Of a DNA stretch of 64,000 nucleotides, positions 34,184 through 43,149 are shown in pieces. Source of the DNA: an uncultured bacterium (GTDB lineage Bacteria > Acidobacteriota > Aminicenantia > Aminicenantales > Saccharicenantaceae); contig CAWDSL010000030.1 in NCBI GenBank assembly GCA_963805015.1, forward strand, positions 6,258 to 70,257, written 5' to 3'. The notes beneath the pieces are model-generated. The model saw only the letters and a program-made list of their open reading frames with translations. It was not told where the DNA came from and ran no database searches. The position numbers and the translations under genes are program-made. Numbering within the stretch: the first letter of the stretch is position 1; every line of letters starts with the position of its first letter.

Positions 34184-35335
34184 ATGGCGCCCGTGTCGCG
34201 GAGCTTTCAGGTCTTCGTCAAGCCGGCGGGATCGGTCTGCAACCTGGCCTGCCGTTACTGCTATTACCTGGGCCGGGGCACGATGGGGGAGCCCGGGAAC
34301 GAGCCGGCCCGTATGCCCGAAGATCTCCTCGAATCCTACATCGCCCAGCACATCGCCGCCTCGCCCGACGAGATCGTCCGTTTCTCCTGGCACGGCGGCG
34401 AGCCGACGGTCCTCGGCGTCGACTATTTCCGGAAGACCGTCGCGATCGAACGCCGGCTCTGTCCGCCGGGCCGGACGATCGCCAACGGCCTCCAGACGAA
34501 CGGGACGCTCCTCGACGAGGAATGGGGGCGTTTTCTGGCGGCCGAAGGGTTCTCCGTCGGGCTCAGTCTCGACGGCCCGCGCGAGCTCCACGACCGCTAT
34601 CGCCGGACCCTCTCGGGCCGGCCGGCCTTCGACGAGGCGATGCGGGGCTACGGCGTGCTGCGCCGGCACGGCGTGCCGACCGATGTCCTCTGCGTCGTCG
34701 GCGCGCACAACGTCCGGCACCCCGCGGAGGTCTACGGCTTCTTCCGGGAGATCGGGGCCGCGTTCGTGACGTTCCTGCCGCTCGTCGAGAGGCGCCCCGA
34801 GCAACCCATGGGCGTCAGCCCGGCTTCCGTTCCGGCCGCGGCCTGGGGAGAGTTCCTCTGTGCCGTCTTCGACGAGTGGCTGGACCGCGACGTCGGACGC
34901 ATCAAGGTCCAGATCGTCGAGGAAGCGGCTCGCCTGGCCTTCGGCCAGGAGCACTCGCTCTGCCTCTTCCGGCCGGTCTGCGGCGACGTCCCGGTCCTCG
35001 AGCGCGACGGCGACCTCTTCTCCTGCGATCACTATGTCGACGCGGCCCACCGCCTCGGGACGATCCGCGAGACGCCGCTCGCCGTCCTGCTCGAGAGCCC
35101 CGCCCAGCGGGCGTTCGGAAGGGCCAAGCTCGAGACCCTGCCCGGGACCTGTCGCGCGTGCGCGGTCCTGGACATGTGCCACGGCGAATGCCCCAGGAAC
35201 CGGTTCGCGATCGCCCCCGACGGCGAGCCGGGGCTGAACTATCTCTGCGCGGGATACAAGAAGTTCTTCACCCACGTGCGTCCGTTCGTGGACGCCGTGG
35301 CCGCGGCCTGGCGCCGCGGGAACGCTAGCTCCTGA
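34184..35335 (+). CDS. Anaerobic sulfatase maturase (radical SAM/SPASM)
   Basis: KPAGSVCNLACRYCYY, WHGGEPT, LQTNGTLL, SLDG, SCDHYV, C..C....CHGECPRNR, NYLCAGYK. Confidence 0.93.
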   Translation: MAPVSRSFQVFVKPAGSVCNLACRYCYYLGRGTMGEPGNEPARMPEDLLESYIAQHIAASPDEIVRFSWHGGEPTVLGVDYFRKTVAIERRLCPPGRTIANGLQTNGTLLDEEWGRFLAAEGFSVGLSLDGPRELHDRYRRTLSGRPAFDEAMRGYGVLRRHGVPTDVLCVVGAHNVRHPAEVYGFFREIGAAFVTFLPLVERRPEQPMGVSPASVPAAAWGEFLCAVFDEWLDRDVGRIKVQIVEEAARLAFGQEHSLCLFRPVCGDVPVLERDGDLFSCDHYVDAAHRLGTIRETPLAVLLESPAQRAFGRAKLETLPGTCRACAVLDMCHGECPRNRFAIAPDGEPGLNYLCAGYKKFFTHVRPFVDAVAAAWRRGNASS

Positions 35336-36183
35336 GCTTGTCCGCGAAGAACGCGACCGTCCGCTTCCAAGCCAGCTCGGCCGCTTCCTTGTTGTAGCGC
35401 TGTCCCGTGTCGTTCATGAAGGCGTGGCCCGCGCCCTCGTACATGTGGATGGTGTATTCGATGCCGGCCTTTTTGAGGGCCTCCTCGAAGGCCGGGATGC
35501 CGGCGTCGATGCGCTCGTCGTCGCCGGCGTAGTGGAGGAGCATGGCCGCTTTGATCTTCGGCACGTCCTCCGCCGCGGGCTGACTGCCGTAGAAGGGGAC
35601 GGCCGCCGCGAGGTCGGGCGCGTGGACGGCCACCTGGTTCGTCACCGCTCCGCCCCAGCAGAAGCCCATGCAGGCGACCTTGCCCGTCGCCTGCGGGCCG
35701 GTCTTGAGGTAGGCGACGGCCGCGACGAAGTTCTTCGTGTTCGCCTCGCGGTCGAGCTTCTGGAAAAGGGGCCGGGCCTCGTCCGGGTTCGCCGGCGTCC
35801 CGCCGAGGGGAGATAAGGCGTCCGGCGCGACGGCGTGGTAGCCTTCGAGGGCCATGCGTCGGGCGATATCCTCGGTGTGGGGATTGAGGCCCCGGTTCTC
35901 GTGGATGACGATGACCCCGGCGTGCTTCCCGCCGCCTTTGGGCCTGGCCGAGTAGGCCCTCATGGTCCCGCCTTCGATGGGATAGTCGACGTATCCCGTC
36001 TCGAGCCGCGGGTCGTCCTTGGCCACGAGCTGGGCGCGGGGCTCCGCGCCTTCGAGCGACGCGAGCGATACCGCCGCGACGGCCGTCCCGCCGGCGAGCG
36101 CGGCGAGCTTCGACAGGAACTCGCGGCGGTCCATCCCCCCGCGGGCGTAGGTCGCCGTAAAGCTCTTCGAAATCGGATCTCAT
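35325..36183 (-). CDS. Dienelactone hydrolase family (YghX-like), one apparent +1 frameshift at ~36155
   Basis: Repaired N-terminus MRSDFEELY..YARGGMDRREFL; VIVIHENRGLNPH, GFCWGG, DERI, GHAF. Confidence 0.9.
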
Positions 36184-36303
36184 GGGTGACCTCCCTCGAT
36201 GCGGACGCGTCGTTCGAGACCATCGTAGGAGACGCCGCCGCGCGTGTCAATCCGGAAAAAGGGTATCCCCAAGATCTGGGATTTGGTCTATAGTAATACC
36301 GCC

Positions 36304-37662
36304 ATGGATCTCGCCCGGGGGAGGAGCGGTTTCGCCGACGGCGCCGAGGCCATCTGGCGCGCGGCCGTTGCGGCCGTCGATCCCTGGTCCCTCATCCGGG
36401 AGAGCGTCGTGCGCGAAGGCGACGTCGTCCGGGTCAAGGGCCGCGAATTCGACCTGGCCGCCCGGGACCGCGTCTTCCTCGTCTCTTTCGGCAAGGCCGC
36501 GGCGGCCATGGGCGAAGCCCTGGCCGCCGTCCTCGACGACCGGCTGACCTCGGGCCTCGTGGTCGTGCCCGGGCCGGTCGGGCACGAAGGATCCCGGCTC
36601 GAATATCTCGAGGCCTCCCATCCCGTCCCGGACGCGCGGAGCGTCGAGGCCGCCCGGCGCGTGCTCGAGATCGCCGGCGCGGCCGGCGAGCGCGACCTCC
36701 TCTTCGTCTGCATCTCCGGCGGCGGGTCGTCGCTCCTCACGCTCCCGGCCGAGGGGATCGCGCTCGACAAGAAGCGCCGCTTGGCCGACGACCTGATGCG
36801 CGCCGGGGCGACCATCCAGGAGCTCAACGCCGTCCGCAAGCACCTCTCGGCCATCAAGGGGGGGCGCCTGGCCCGGGCGGCCTTCCCGGCCGAAGTGGTC
36901 ACCCTGGCCATCTCCGACGTCGTCGGCGACGACCTCGGGACCATCGCTTCGGGCCCGACCCACTGGGACGCGTCGACCTTCGCCGAGGCGCGGGCCATTC
37001 TCGAACGGTACGGCGTCTGGGATTCGGCCTCGGCCCTCGTCCGGGCCCGCTTCGAGGAAGGGGAGCGCGGCCTGGTCGAGGAAACCCTCAAGGAGGGCGA
37101 CCCCGTTTTCGAGCGCGTCCGCGCGTTCGTCGTGGGCGACAACATGACCGCCCTGCGGGCCGCCAAGCACGAGGCCGAGAAGCTCGGCTTCGAGCCCATC
37201 TTCCTGTCGTCGAGCGACGGCGGGGAAGCCCGCAAAACGGCCGCGAGCTACGCCGCCTTCCTGGCCGAGCTGGCCTGTTCCGCCTCGTCCCTGCCCCGGC
37301 CGCTCTGCCTCCTCGCCGGGGGCGAGCTCACGGTCACGGTCACCGGGCGGGGGAGGGGCGGCCGCAACACCGAGTTCGTGCTGGCCGCGCTCGTCGAAAT
37401 GGAGAAGGCGGAGGTCCGCGGGCTCGATTGGCTCATCCTCAGCCTGGGCACGGACGGCATCGACGGCCCGACCGACGCCGCCGGGGCCTGGGCCGACGGC
37501 TCGACCGCCGGGCGGGCGCGGGCCCTCGGGCTCGATCCGGCCGCCTACCTCGACGACAACGATTCCTACGGCCTCTTCAAGCAAACGCGGAATCTGATCG
37601 TCACCGGTCCGACCGGCACCAACGTGATGGACCTCCGGGTCTTCCTGCTCCGCGCCGCCTGA
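36304..37662 (+). CDS. Glycerate 2-kinase / MOFRL family (DUF4147)
   Basis: SFGKAA, ASHPVPD, ISGGGSSLL, VRKHLSAIKGG, SDVVGDD...IASGPT, GGELTV, GRGGRN, GTDGIDGPTDAAGA, TGPTGTNVMD. Confidence 0.93.
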   Translation: MDLARGRSGFADGAEAIWRAAVAAVDPWSLIRESVVREGDVVRVKGREFDLAARDRVFLVSFGKAAAAMGEALAAVLDDRLTSGLVVVPGPVGHEGSRLEYLEASHPVPDARSVEAARRVLEIAGAAGERDLLFVCISGGGSSLLTLPAEGIALDKKRRLADDLMRAGATIQELNAVRKHLSAIKGGRLARAAFPAEVVTLAISDVVGDDLGTIASGPTHWDASTFAEARAILERYGVWDSASALVRARFEEGERGLVEETLKEGDPVFERVRAFVVGDNMTALRAAKHEAEKLGFEPIFLSSSDGGEARKTAASYAAFLAELACSASSLPRPLCLLAGGELTVTVTGRGRGGRNTEFVLAALVEMEKAEVRGLDWLILSLGTDGIDGPTDAAGAWADGSTAGRARALGLDPAAYLDDNDSYGLFKQTRNLIVTGPTGTNVMDLRVFLLRAA

Positions 37663-37673
37663 ACGGCGCGGCC

Positions 37674-38504
37674 CTATTTATAGACGCCGGCCGCGTCCCA
37701 TTTCCGGATCGTGTCGAGGACGAGCTCGGCGACGCGGTCGTTGACCTTGCGGAAATACTCCTTGGCCTGGGCGGCGTCGAAGGTCGGGGCGCCCTGGCCC
37801 TTCTCGTAGAGGAGGATCGTCGAGGAGACCGGGACCGTATAGTACGCTCCGGCCGGGGCGTTGGGCTCGGCCATCTCGGGCTTGTAGCGCTCGGGGTGGA
37901 TGAAAGCGGGGAGGAAGGCCTGGACGTAGGCCGTCTCGTTGTTCCCCGCGTGCCCGCCGTTCTGCTTGAACACGGCCTTGGTGATGTCGTCGGCCAGCGT
38001 CCACCAGTTGACGACCAGGACCCGGACGCGGCGGGCGTTGGCGACCTTGGTCGCGGCGGCGTTGAGGACGGCCGTGTTGCCGCCGTGCCCGTTGAGGACG
38101 ACGAGGTTCTTGAAACCCTGCGCGGCCAGGTTGTCGAGGACCGATTCGGCGAACGGCGCGTAGGCCTCGGCCGGGATGGAGACGGCCCCCGGATAGGCCT
38201 TCATGGCCTCGGTCATGCCGTAATTCAGGGTCGGCGCGATCAGGGCGTCCACCCGGGCGGCGATGTCGCGGGCCATGGCCTCGGGCGCGAGGCTGTCGGT
38301 GCCGTTGGGGATGACGCCGTGGGGCTCGAGCGAGCCGAAGGGGACGAGGACCGTTCGGACGCGCGCCGGCACCAGCTCGGCGAACTCCTGCCAGCAGAGC
38401 AGGGCCATCTCGCGCGTCGTCGGGGCTTTCGTCTGGGCCGCGGCCGGGGCGACGGCCGCCGCCGCCAATATCGCCACCGTCAGGACCGTCAGCGCTTTTC
38501 TCAT
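37674..38504 (-). CDS. Creatininase family amidohydrolase with signal peptide
   Basis: VPFGSLEPHGVIPNGTD, NGHGGN, GGHAGNNET; N-terminal signal peptide. Confidence 0.88.
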   Translation of the reverse strand: MRKALTVLTVAILAAAAVAPAAAQTKAPTTREMALLCWQEFAELVPARVRTVLVPFGSLEPHGVIPNGTDSLAPEAMARDIAARVDALIAPTLNYGMTEAMKAYPGAVSIPAEAYAPFAESVLDNLAAQGFKNLVVLNGHGGNTAVLNAAATKVANARRVRVLVVNWWTLADDITKAVFKQNGGHAGNNETAYVQAFLPAFIHPERYKPEMAEPNAPAGAYYTVPVSSTILLYEKGQGAPTFDAAQAKEYFRKVNDRVAELVLDTIRKWDAAGVYK

Positions 38505-38573
38505 GTCGGTCGCCTCCTCGCTCCCCTCATCTTACGACATCCGGCGCCCGTTCGGGAAATCCGGCGGCGGCTC

Positions 38574-38700
38574 TTGATTTTTTCCGCGGAGCGACTATAA
38601 TACCACCAAGTTTTCTTGTGCCGGCTGGAGGAAACTTCAACCCCATGAAATACATCATTTTCCCCCTTATCTGCTGTTAAAAAAACAGCCGGCATTTTCC
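38574..38700 (+). ncRNA. Candidate sRNA unit 1 (promoter plus stem-bounded RNA)
   Basis: TTGATT-N16-TATAAT (38574-38601), then TGCCGGCTG (38619) ... CAGCCGGCA (38694) enclosing ATCA-tttt-CCCCCTT. Confidence 0.55.
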
Positions 38701-38726
38701 CCGCGCGACACAAAAAAAATTACTCC

Positions 38727-38845
38727 TTGATTTTCCGACCGGCCGGACTATAATGGCTTCGGCTCTCTTTCGCCGGCTGGAGAGGGCTCCCTCAATTTCC
38801 AATCATCACCCCCCTTTTGCTGACCTCAGCCGGCACTTTCTCCCG
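38727..38845 (+). ncRNA. Candidate sRNA unit 2, tandem paralog of unit 1
   Basis: TTGATT-N16-TATAAT (38727-38754), then GCCGGCTG (38772) ... CAGCCGGC (38834) enclosing ATCA-tcac-CCCCCTT. Confidence 0.55.
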
Positions 38846-38904
38846 CTTCTCCCGGCGGCGCGATTGTGCTATCATACGGGCAATTCCCGAGCGCGGAGTT
38901 CCCG

Positions 38905-39369
38905 ATGGGCAAGATCGACTGGAAGAAAGAGCTGGCCAACCACTTCGAGAACGTGCGGGTCATCGAGCTCTGCCAGGCCGAGACCGTCGGGCAGTTCGAC
39001 CAGTTCTGCGAATTCATCGCCGAGCCCGCCTTCGAGGCCCTGGCCGACGAGCTGGCGAGCTTCCGCATCAAGTGCGAGCAGCAGAAGACCAAGGGCAAGA
39101 GCATCCGCTTCGTCATCTTCTTCCCGGGCCTGAAGGACGAACAGTTCCATTACCGGATCTCACTGCCCAAGAACGCGGTCGAGCTGCGGCTGAAGCTGCA
39201 GGTCAAGGCCCGGCGCACGCCCAAGGCCGAATATCAAACGGTGGACGAGGATTTCATGCCGGGGTTGTTCCCGTTCAAGGTGCTGAGGATGGACAAGGAC
39301 GAGGTCATCGCCGACGTCGTCAAGCACTACACGGGTTTTTGCTACACCGCGCTGACGTCGCCGGACTGA
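38905..39369 (+). CDS. Hypothetical cytoplasmic protein
   Basis: Clean 154-aa ORF with host-like codon usage; extended -10 TGcTATCAT upstream. Confidence 0.7.
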   Translation: MGKIDWKKELANHFENVRVIELCQAETVGQFDQFCEFIAEPAFEALADELASFRIKCEQQKTKGKSIRFVIFFPGLKDEQFHYRISLPKNAVELRLKLQVKARRTPKAEYQTVDEDFMPGLFPFKVLRMDKDEVIADVVKHYTGFCYTALTSPD

Positions 39370-39385
39370 GTGGCGGGGAGAGCGT

Positions 39386-39721
39386 TTACTTCTTTTTCTT
39401 GGCCTTGGCCGCTTTCGGCTTGCCCGTCTCGATCTTCTTCCACTTGCCGGCCGTCCAGACCCAGCGGCTGCCCACCTGCTCCCACGTGCCCGGGACCCAT
39501 TCCCGGCCCTTCTTGGCCTTGACCCAGCGGCCTTCGACCCAATCGTAGTTGACGTCCTTCCACTTCCAAAAGCCGGGGACCCAGACGTGCACGGGGCTGG
39601 GCCGGAGGGTCGGGGACTCGACCCGGAGCGGGGGAGGGCCGACCCGCGGCTGTTCCGCGGCCAGGCCGGATACCGCCATCAGGCAGACGGCGGCCAAGAC
39701 AAAAAGAGCGGTCTTCCTCAT
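39386..39721 (-). CDS. YXWGXW (WXXGXW) repeat secreted protein
   Basis: Signal peptide; VWVPGFWKW, WVEGRWV, EWVPGTWE, WVWTAGKW; basic tail. Confidence 0.88.
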   Translation of the reverse strand: MRKTALFVLAAVCLMAVSGLAAEQPRVGPPPLRVESPTLRPSPVHVWVPGFWKWKDVNYDWVEGRWVKAKKGREWVPGTWEQVGSRWVWTAGKWKKIETGKPKAAKAKKKK

Positions 39722-39768
39722 CGCATCCTCCACCTGTTTAGTCGGCGGAGGGGAGGAAAAGTCGGGCT

Positions 39769-40569
39769 TCACTTCCCGGCGTTGATGACCTCGAGGACCT
39801 TAAGGAGGTAATCGTAGCCCGGGCGGTCGACCGTGTTCTGGCTGACATACTTGAACTGGAGCACGCCCTGGGCGTCGACGATGTAGACGGCCGGGATGTT
39901 CTGGTCGACCTTGCTGCCTGTCCACTCGTGCCGGAAGAGGTCGAGCTTCGTGGAGAGCGCCCGCTCGCCGTCGACCAGGATGGGGAAGGGGGCCAGGACC
40001 GCGCCCTTCTCGAGCGCATAGTCGTTCGGATAGATCTGGCGCGCCCGCTCCATCCGGGCCTTGCCCGCATCGTCGAGCTTGACCGCGTCGGCGGGGAATT
40101 TCCGGGCCTTGATCGACTCGAGCTGCCCGGGCAGGGCCTCGAGCCAGACCTTGACGACGTCCGGCGCGTAGGGGAAGACGACCAGGATCTCCAGGTTGTA
40201 CTTTTCGCGGATCCCCTTGGCCTTCTCGAGCTCGGCCAGCTCGACGTAGCGGTAGTTGCAGATCGTGCACCAGTAGTTCTCGGCCGCGTAGCCGCGGGGA
40301 AAGAGGATGAGGACGTTCTTGCCGCGGAGCGACGACAGGGTCAGCGTCCCGCCCTGGTAGACGGGCAGCGTGAAATCGGGCATGGGCTGGCCGACGATGG
40401 CCGGCGAGGGCCTCACTTCGGGCTTGGCCGGGGGAACGGCGGGCTGGGCCTGTTGGGCCGGGACGGCCTGCTGTCCCTTGGCCTGGCCATTGAACAGGAT
40501 GATCATCGCGCCGACGGCCAGGACGACCAGGGCGATGACGAGGATGGTGGCTTTCTTCTTGTCGATCAT
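39769..40569 (-). CDS. Membrane-anchored peroxiredoxin-like redoxin (AhpC/TSA family)
   Basis: N-terminal TM; VGQPMPDFTLP, LSSLRGKNVLILFPRG..WCTIC, PAVYIVDAQGVLQFKY. Confidence 0.8.
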   Translation of the reverse strand: MIDKKKATILVIALVVLAVGAMIILFNGQAKGQQAVPAQQAQPAVPPAKPEVRPSPAIVGQPMPDFTLPVYQGGTLTLSSLRGKNVLILFPRGYAAENYWCTICNYRYVELAELEKAKGIREKYNLEILVVFPYAPDVVKVWLEALPGQLESIKARKFPADAVKLDDAGKARMERARQIYPNDYALEKGAVLAPFPILVDGERALSTKLDLFRHEWTGSKVDQNIPAVYIVDAQGVLQFKYVSQNTVDRPGYDYLLKVLEVINAGK

Positions 40570-40639
40570 GGGCGGATCTCCTTCGAGAGGATACCCTTAT
40601 TAGAGACGACCCGCTCCTCCGAGTCAAGCCGCCCGGCGC

Positions 40640-41845
40640 TCAGCCCTTGATGCGGTACTCCTTGAACTGGGTGCCGCGGAGCTTGTCCAGGAGGAAGAGG
40701 CGGTCGCCGAAGATGAAGATGCCGTCGACGAAGAGATCGAGCGGGAGCGAGCCGAGCAGCGCGCCGTCGGCGTCGAAGACCTCGAGCTTGTAGGCGTTGG
40801 TCGTCCGGAGCTCCTGGCCCTCGCCCTGGGGCTTCATCCCCATCGTCCGCCCGCCGCCGGCTTCCATGCTCATGGTCATCATCATCCCGACCTGCTCCTC
40901 CTTCTTGAGCTGGCGGGTCATGGTGACGACCCAGACGCGGCCCCGGCCGTCGACGGCGATCCCCGACGCGCAGCGGTTCAGCTGCGGCCCCCGGATGGAA
41001 ACATTGCCGCCGTCCCGCTTGATCTCGCCCTTGTCCTTGATCTCCATGGAGTAGGGCAGCTCGCGGTCGGCCCGCCAGAGGAGCTTTCCGTCGGCCGCGT
41101 ATTTCTCGATCCGGTTCTGGACGGTATAGGCCAGATAGACCTGGCCGGCCTGGTCGACCGCCAGTAGGACCTCGTTCCCGGCGGTGTTGAGCATATCGGC
41201 GCCGAACTCGCGGGGCTCGCCGATCTCGCGGACGGGCTTGCCGTCGGCGTCGAGGACCTTGACCAGCTTCGGGAGGGCCGCGGGCTTCTCCTCGTCCGGA
41301 TTGATGAAGAAGCGCATCCGCGGCGCGCCCGTGACGAGTTCCCCGTTGGCCCCGAGGAAAACCGGCCCGGCGCCCTGCTCGAGGCCCTTGATCACCTTGT
41401 GGTCCTTGCCGTCCGGAGTCAGGACCTGGATGCGCTGGTTAAACGGGTCCGTGACGTAAATGAAGCCCTTGGCGTCGACCACCAGCCAGGCGGGGTATTG
41501 GAACTCGCCGGGGCCCTGGCCGTGGCGGCCGTAGGTGGCCAGGTATTTCGCGTCCGGGCCGAACTTCTGGACCCGGTGGTTGCCCGTGTCGAGCACGTAG
41601 AAGTTGCCGGCGCCGTCGACGGCGATGGCCGACGGCATAAAGAAGGCCAGGTTCTCGTCGGCCGTGTCGACGTCGCCGAGCGTGCGCACGGGCTCGAGCG
41701 CCACCTTGGCCGTCTTGCCCCAGGCTCCGGGCCCGGAGTTGTGGACGAGCTTGGCGCCGTTCACGGTCTCGGTCTTCTGTCCGGCGGCGAGAGAGGCCGC
41801 CAGCGCGAGCGCGAAGGATGCGATGACGAGGGATCTTGTTTTCAT
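40640..41845 (-). CDS. Secreted NHL / 6-bladed beta-propeller protein
   Basis: PSAIAVDGAGNFYVLDTGNHRVQKF, GQGPGEFQYP, YVTDPFNQRIQV. Confidence 0.85.
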   Translation of the reverse strand: MKTRSLVIASFALALAASLAAGQKTETVNGAKLVHNSGPGAWGKTAKVALEPVRTLGDVDTADENLAFFMPSAIAVDGAGNFYVLDTGNHRVQKFGPDAKYLATYGRHGQGPGEFQYPAWLVVDAKGFIYVTDPFNQRIQVLTPDGKDHKVIKGLEQGAGPVFLGANGELVTGAPRMRFFINPDEEKPAALPKLVKVLDADGKPVREIGEPREFGADMLNTAGNEVLLAVDQAGQVYLAYTVQNRIEKYAADGKLLWRADRELPYSMEIKDKGEIKRDGGNVSIRGPQLNRCASGIAVDGRGRVWVVTMTRQLKKEEQVGMMMTMSMEAGGGRTMGMKPQGEGQELRTTNAYKLEVFDADGALLGSLPLDLFVDGIFIFGDRLFLLDKLRGTQFKEYRIKG

Positions 41846-41972
41846 GCCCTTTTCTCCTTGTATCGTTAACGGATTATAGTCCGAAACCGTTGCCGGAGAG
41901 AATCATGCGGGAATTGAACGGGGTATCCGATTCCATTATAGTGTCGGCGAAGAACCGGCGGGAGGGACGCAC

Positions 41973-43145
41973 ATGGACGACCGCGGCATCCTCGAGCTCC
42001 TGATGGAGATGGTCAAGGCCCCGAGCCACCCGGGTGTCCCGAGGCAGGAGGAGGCGGCCGCCCTGGCCCTCGCGGGATATCTGCGGGAGCGCGGCCTGCC
42101 GGCCGACCTGGTCGAGGTCCGCGAGGGGCGTCCGAACGTCGTCGCCTCGATCGCCGGCCCGAAGCCCGGGCCGCATCTCCTTCTTTGCGGCCACCTCGAC
42201 ACCGTGCCGCCCAACGCCGGCTCCGCGGCGGACTTCTTTTCGGCCGCGATACGGGACGAACGGATGCTCGGCCGCGGCACCGTGGACATGAAGGGCGCCC
42301 TGGCGGCCATGGCCGGAGCGCTCGTCGACATCCGCGATTCGGGAGGGCTCGCCTCCGGCCGGGTCACTCTCGCGGCGGTCATCGACGAGGAGATGGAGAG
42401 CCTCGGCGCGGAAGCCCTCATCCGGAGCGGCTTCCAGGCCGACGGAGCCATCGTCGGCGAGCCCACGGAAAACCGCGTGGCCATCGGCCACAAGGGATTG
42501 GAGTGGCTCGAGATCGGGTTCACCGGCCGGGCCGCCCACGGCAGCACGCCCGAGGCGGGGATCAGCGCGATCGCCGCCGCGGCCCATTTCGTCTCCCTTG
42601 TCGAAGGCGAGCTCGTCCCCGCCTTCGAGAAGCGTCGCGACCCGGTCCTGGGCCTCCCGGCCATCAACCTGGGCACGATCCGCGGCGGCCAGCAGCCGAG
42701 CATGGTCGCCGCCGATTGCGTGATCCAGCTCGACCGGCGCTGGGTGACCACGGAGGCGATCGACCAGGTCATGGGCGATCTCGAGGCCATCCTGGCCAAG
42801 GTCCGCGAAGCCCGCCCGGGGCTCAAGACCCGCCTCGAGCGGATGCCCGGGGGCATGGCCACCATGCTCCACGGCCCGCTCGTCATCGACCCGGCCCATC
42901 CGCTGGTCGAGGCCGCCCTGGGCGCGTTCGGAGACCTGGGCCGGGCCGCCGCGCCGACCTCCGTCTTCCCGGCCTGGACCGACGGGGCCCTCCTCTCGCG
43001 GGAGGCCGGCATCCCGACGCTCGTCTGGGGTCCGGGAGAGCTGGCGCTCGCGCACTCGGCCGAGGAGAGCGTCCCGCTCGACGAGATCCTGCTCGCGGCC
43101 CGCCTTTACGCCGCGGCGGCCCGCCGGTTCACGGCGGCGCGTTGA
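41973..43145 (+). CDS. M20 family metallopeptidase (ArgE/DapE-like)
   Basis: GHLDTVP, GRGTVDMKG, DEEMESLG, VGEPT, GRAAHGSTP, GPGELALAHSAEE. Confidence 0.92.
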   Translation: MDDRGILELLMEMVKAPSHPGVPRQEEAAALALAGYLRERGLPADLVEVREGRPNVVASIAGPKPGPHLLLCGHLDTVPPNAGSAADFFSAAIRDERMLGRGTVDMKGALAAMAGALVDIRDSGGLASGRVTLAAVIDEEMESLGAEALIRSGFQADGAIVGEPTENRVAIGHKGLEWLEIGFTGRAAHGSTPEAGISAIAAAAHFVSLVEGELVPAFEKRRDPVLGLPAINLGTIRGGQQPSMVAADCVIQLDRRWVTTEAIDQVMGDLEAILAKVREARPGLKTRLERMPGGMATMLHGPLVIDPAHPLVEAALGAFGDLGRAAAPTSVFPAWTDGALLSREAGIPTLVWGPGELALAHSAEESVPLDEILLAARLYAAAARRFTAAR

Positions 43146-43149
43146 GACG

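Noticed and set aside
38571-38850. CRISPR mini-array or type I TA reading of the tandem units
   Set aside because: There are only two units, each with its own promoter, no repeat-spacer periodicity and no cas genes. The minus-strand SD-ATG peptides (4 aa and 43 aa) are not conserved or hydrophobic.
39769-40569. Selenocysteine in the redoxin or in ORFs ending at TGA
   Set aside because: The redoxin has an ordinary CxxC (WCTIC). The CHAT TGA at 59461 is explained by an indel, and reading through it in frame soon hits another stop.
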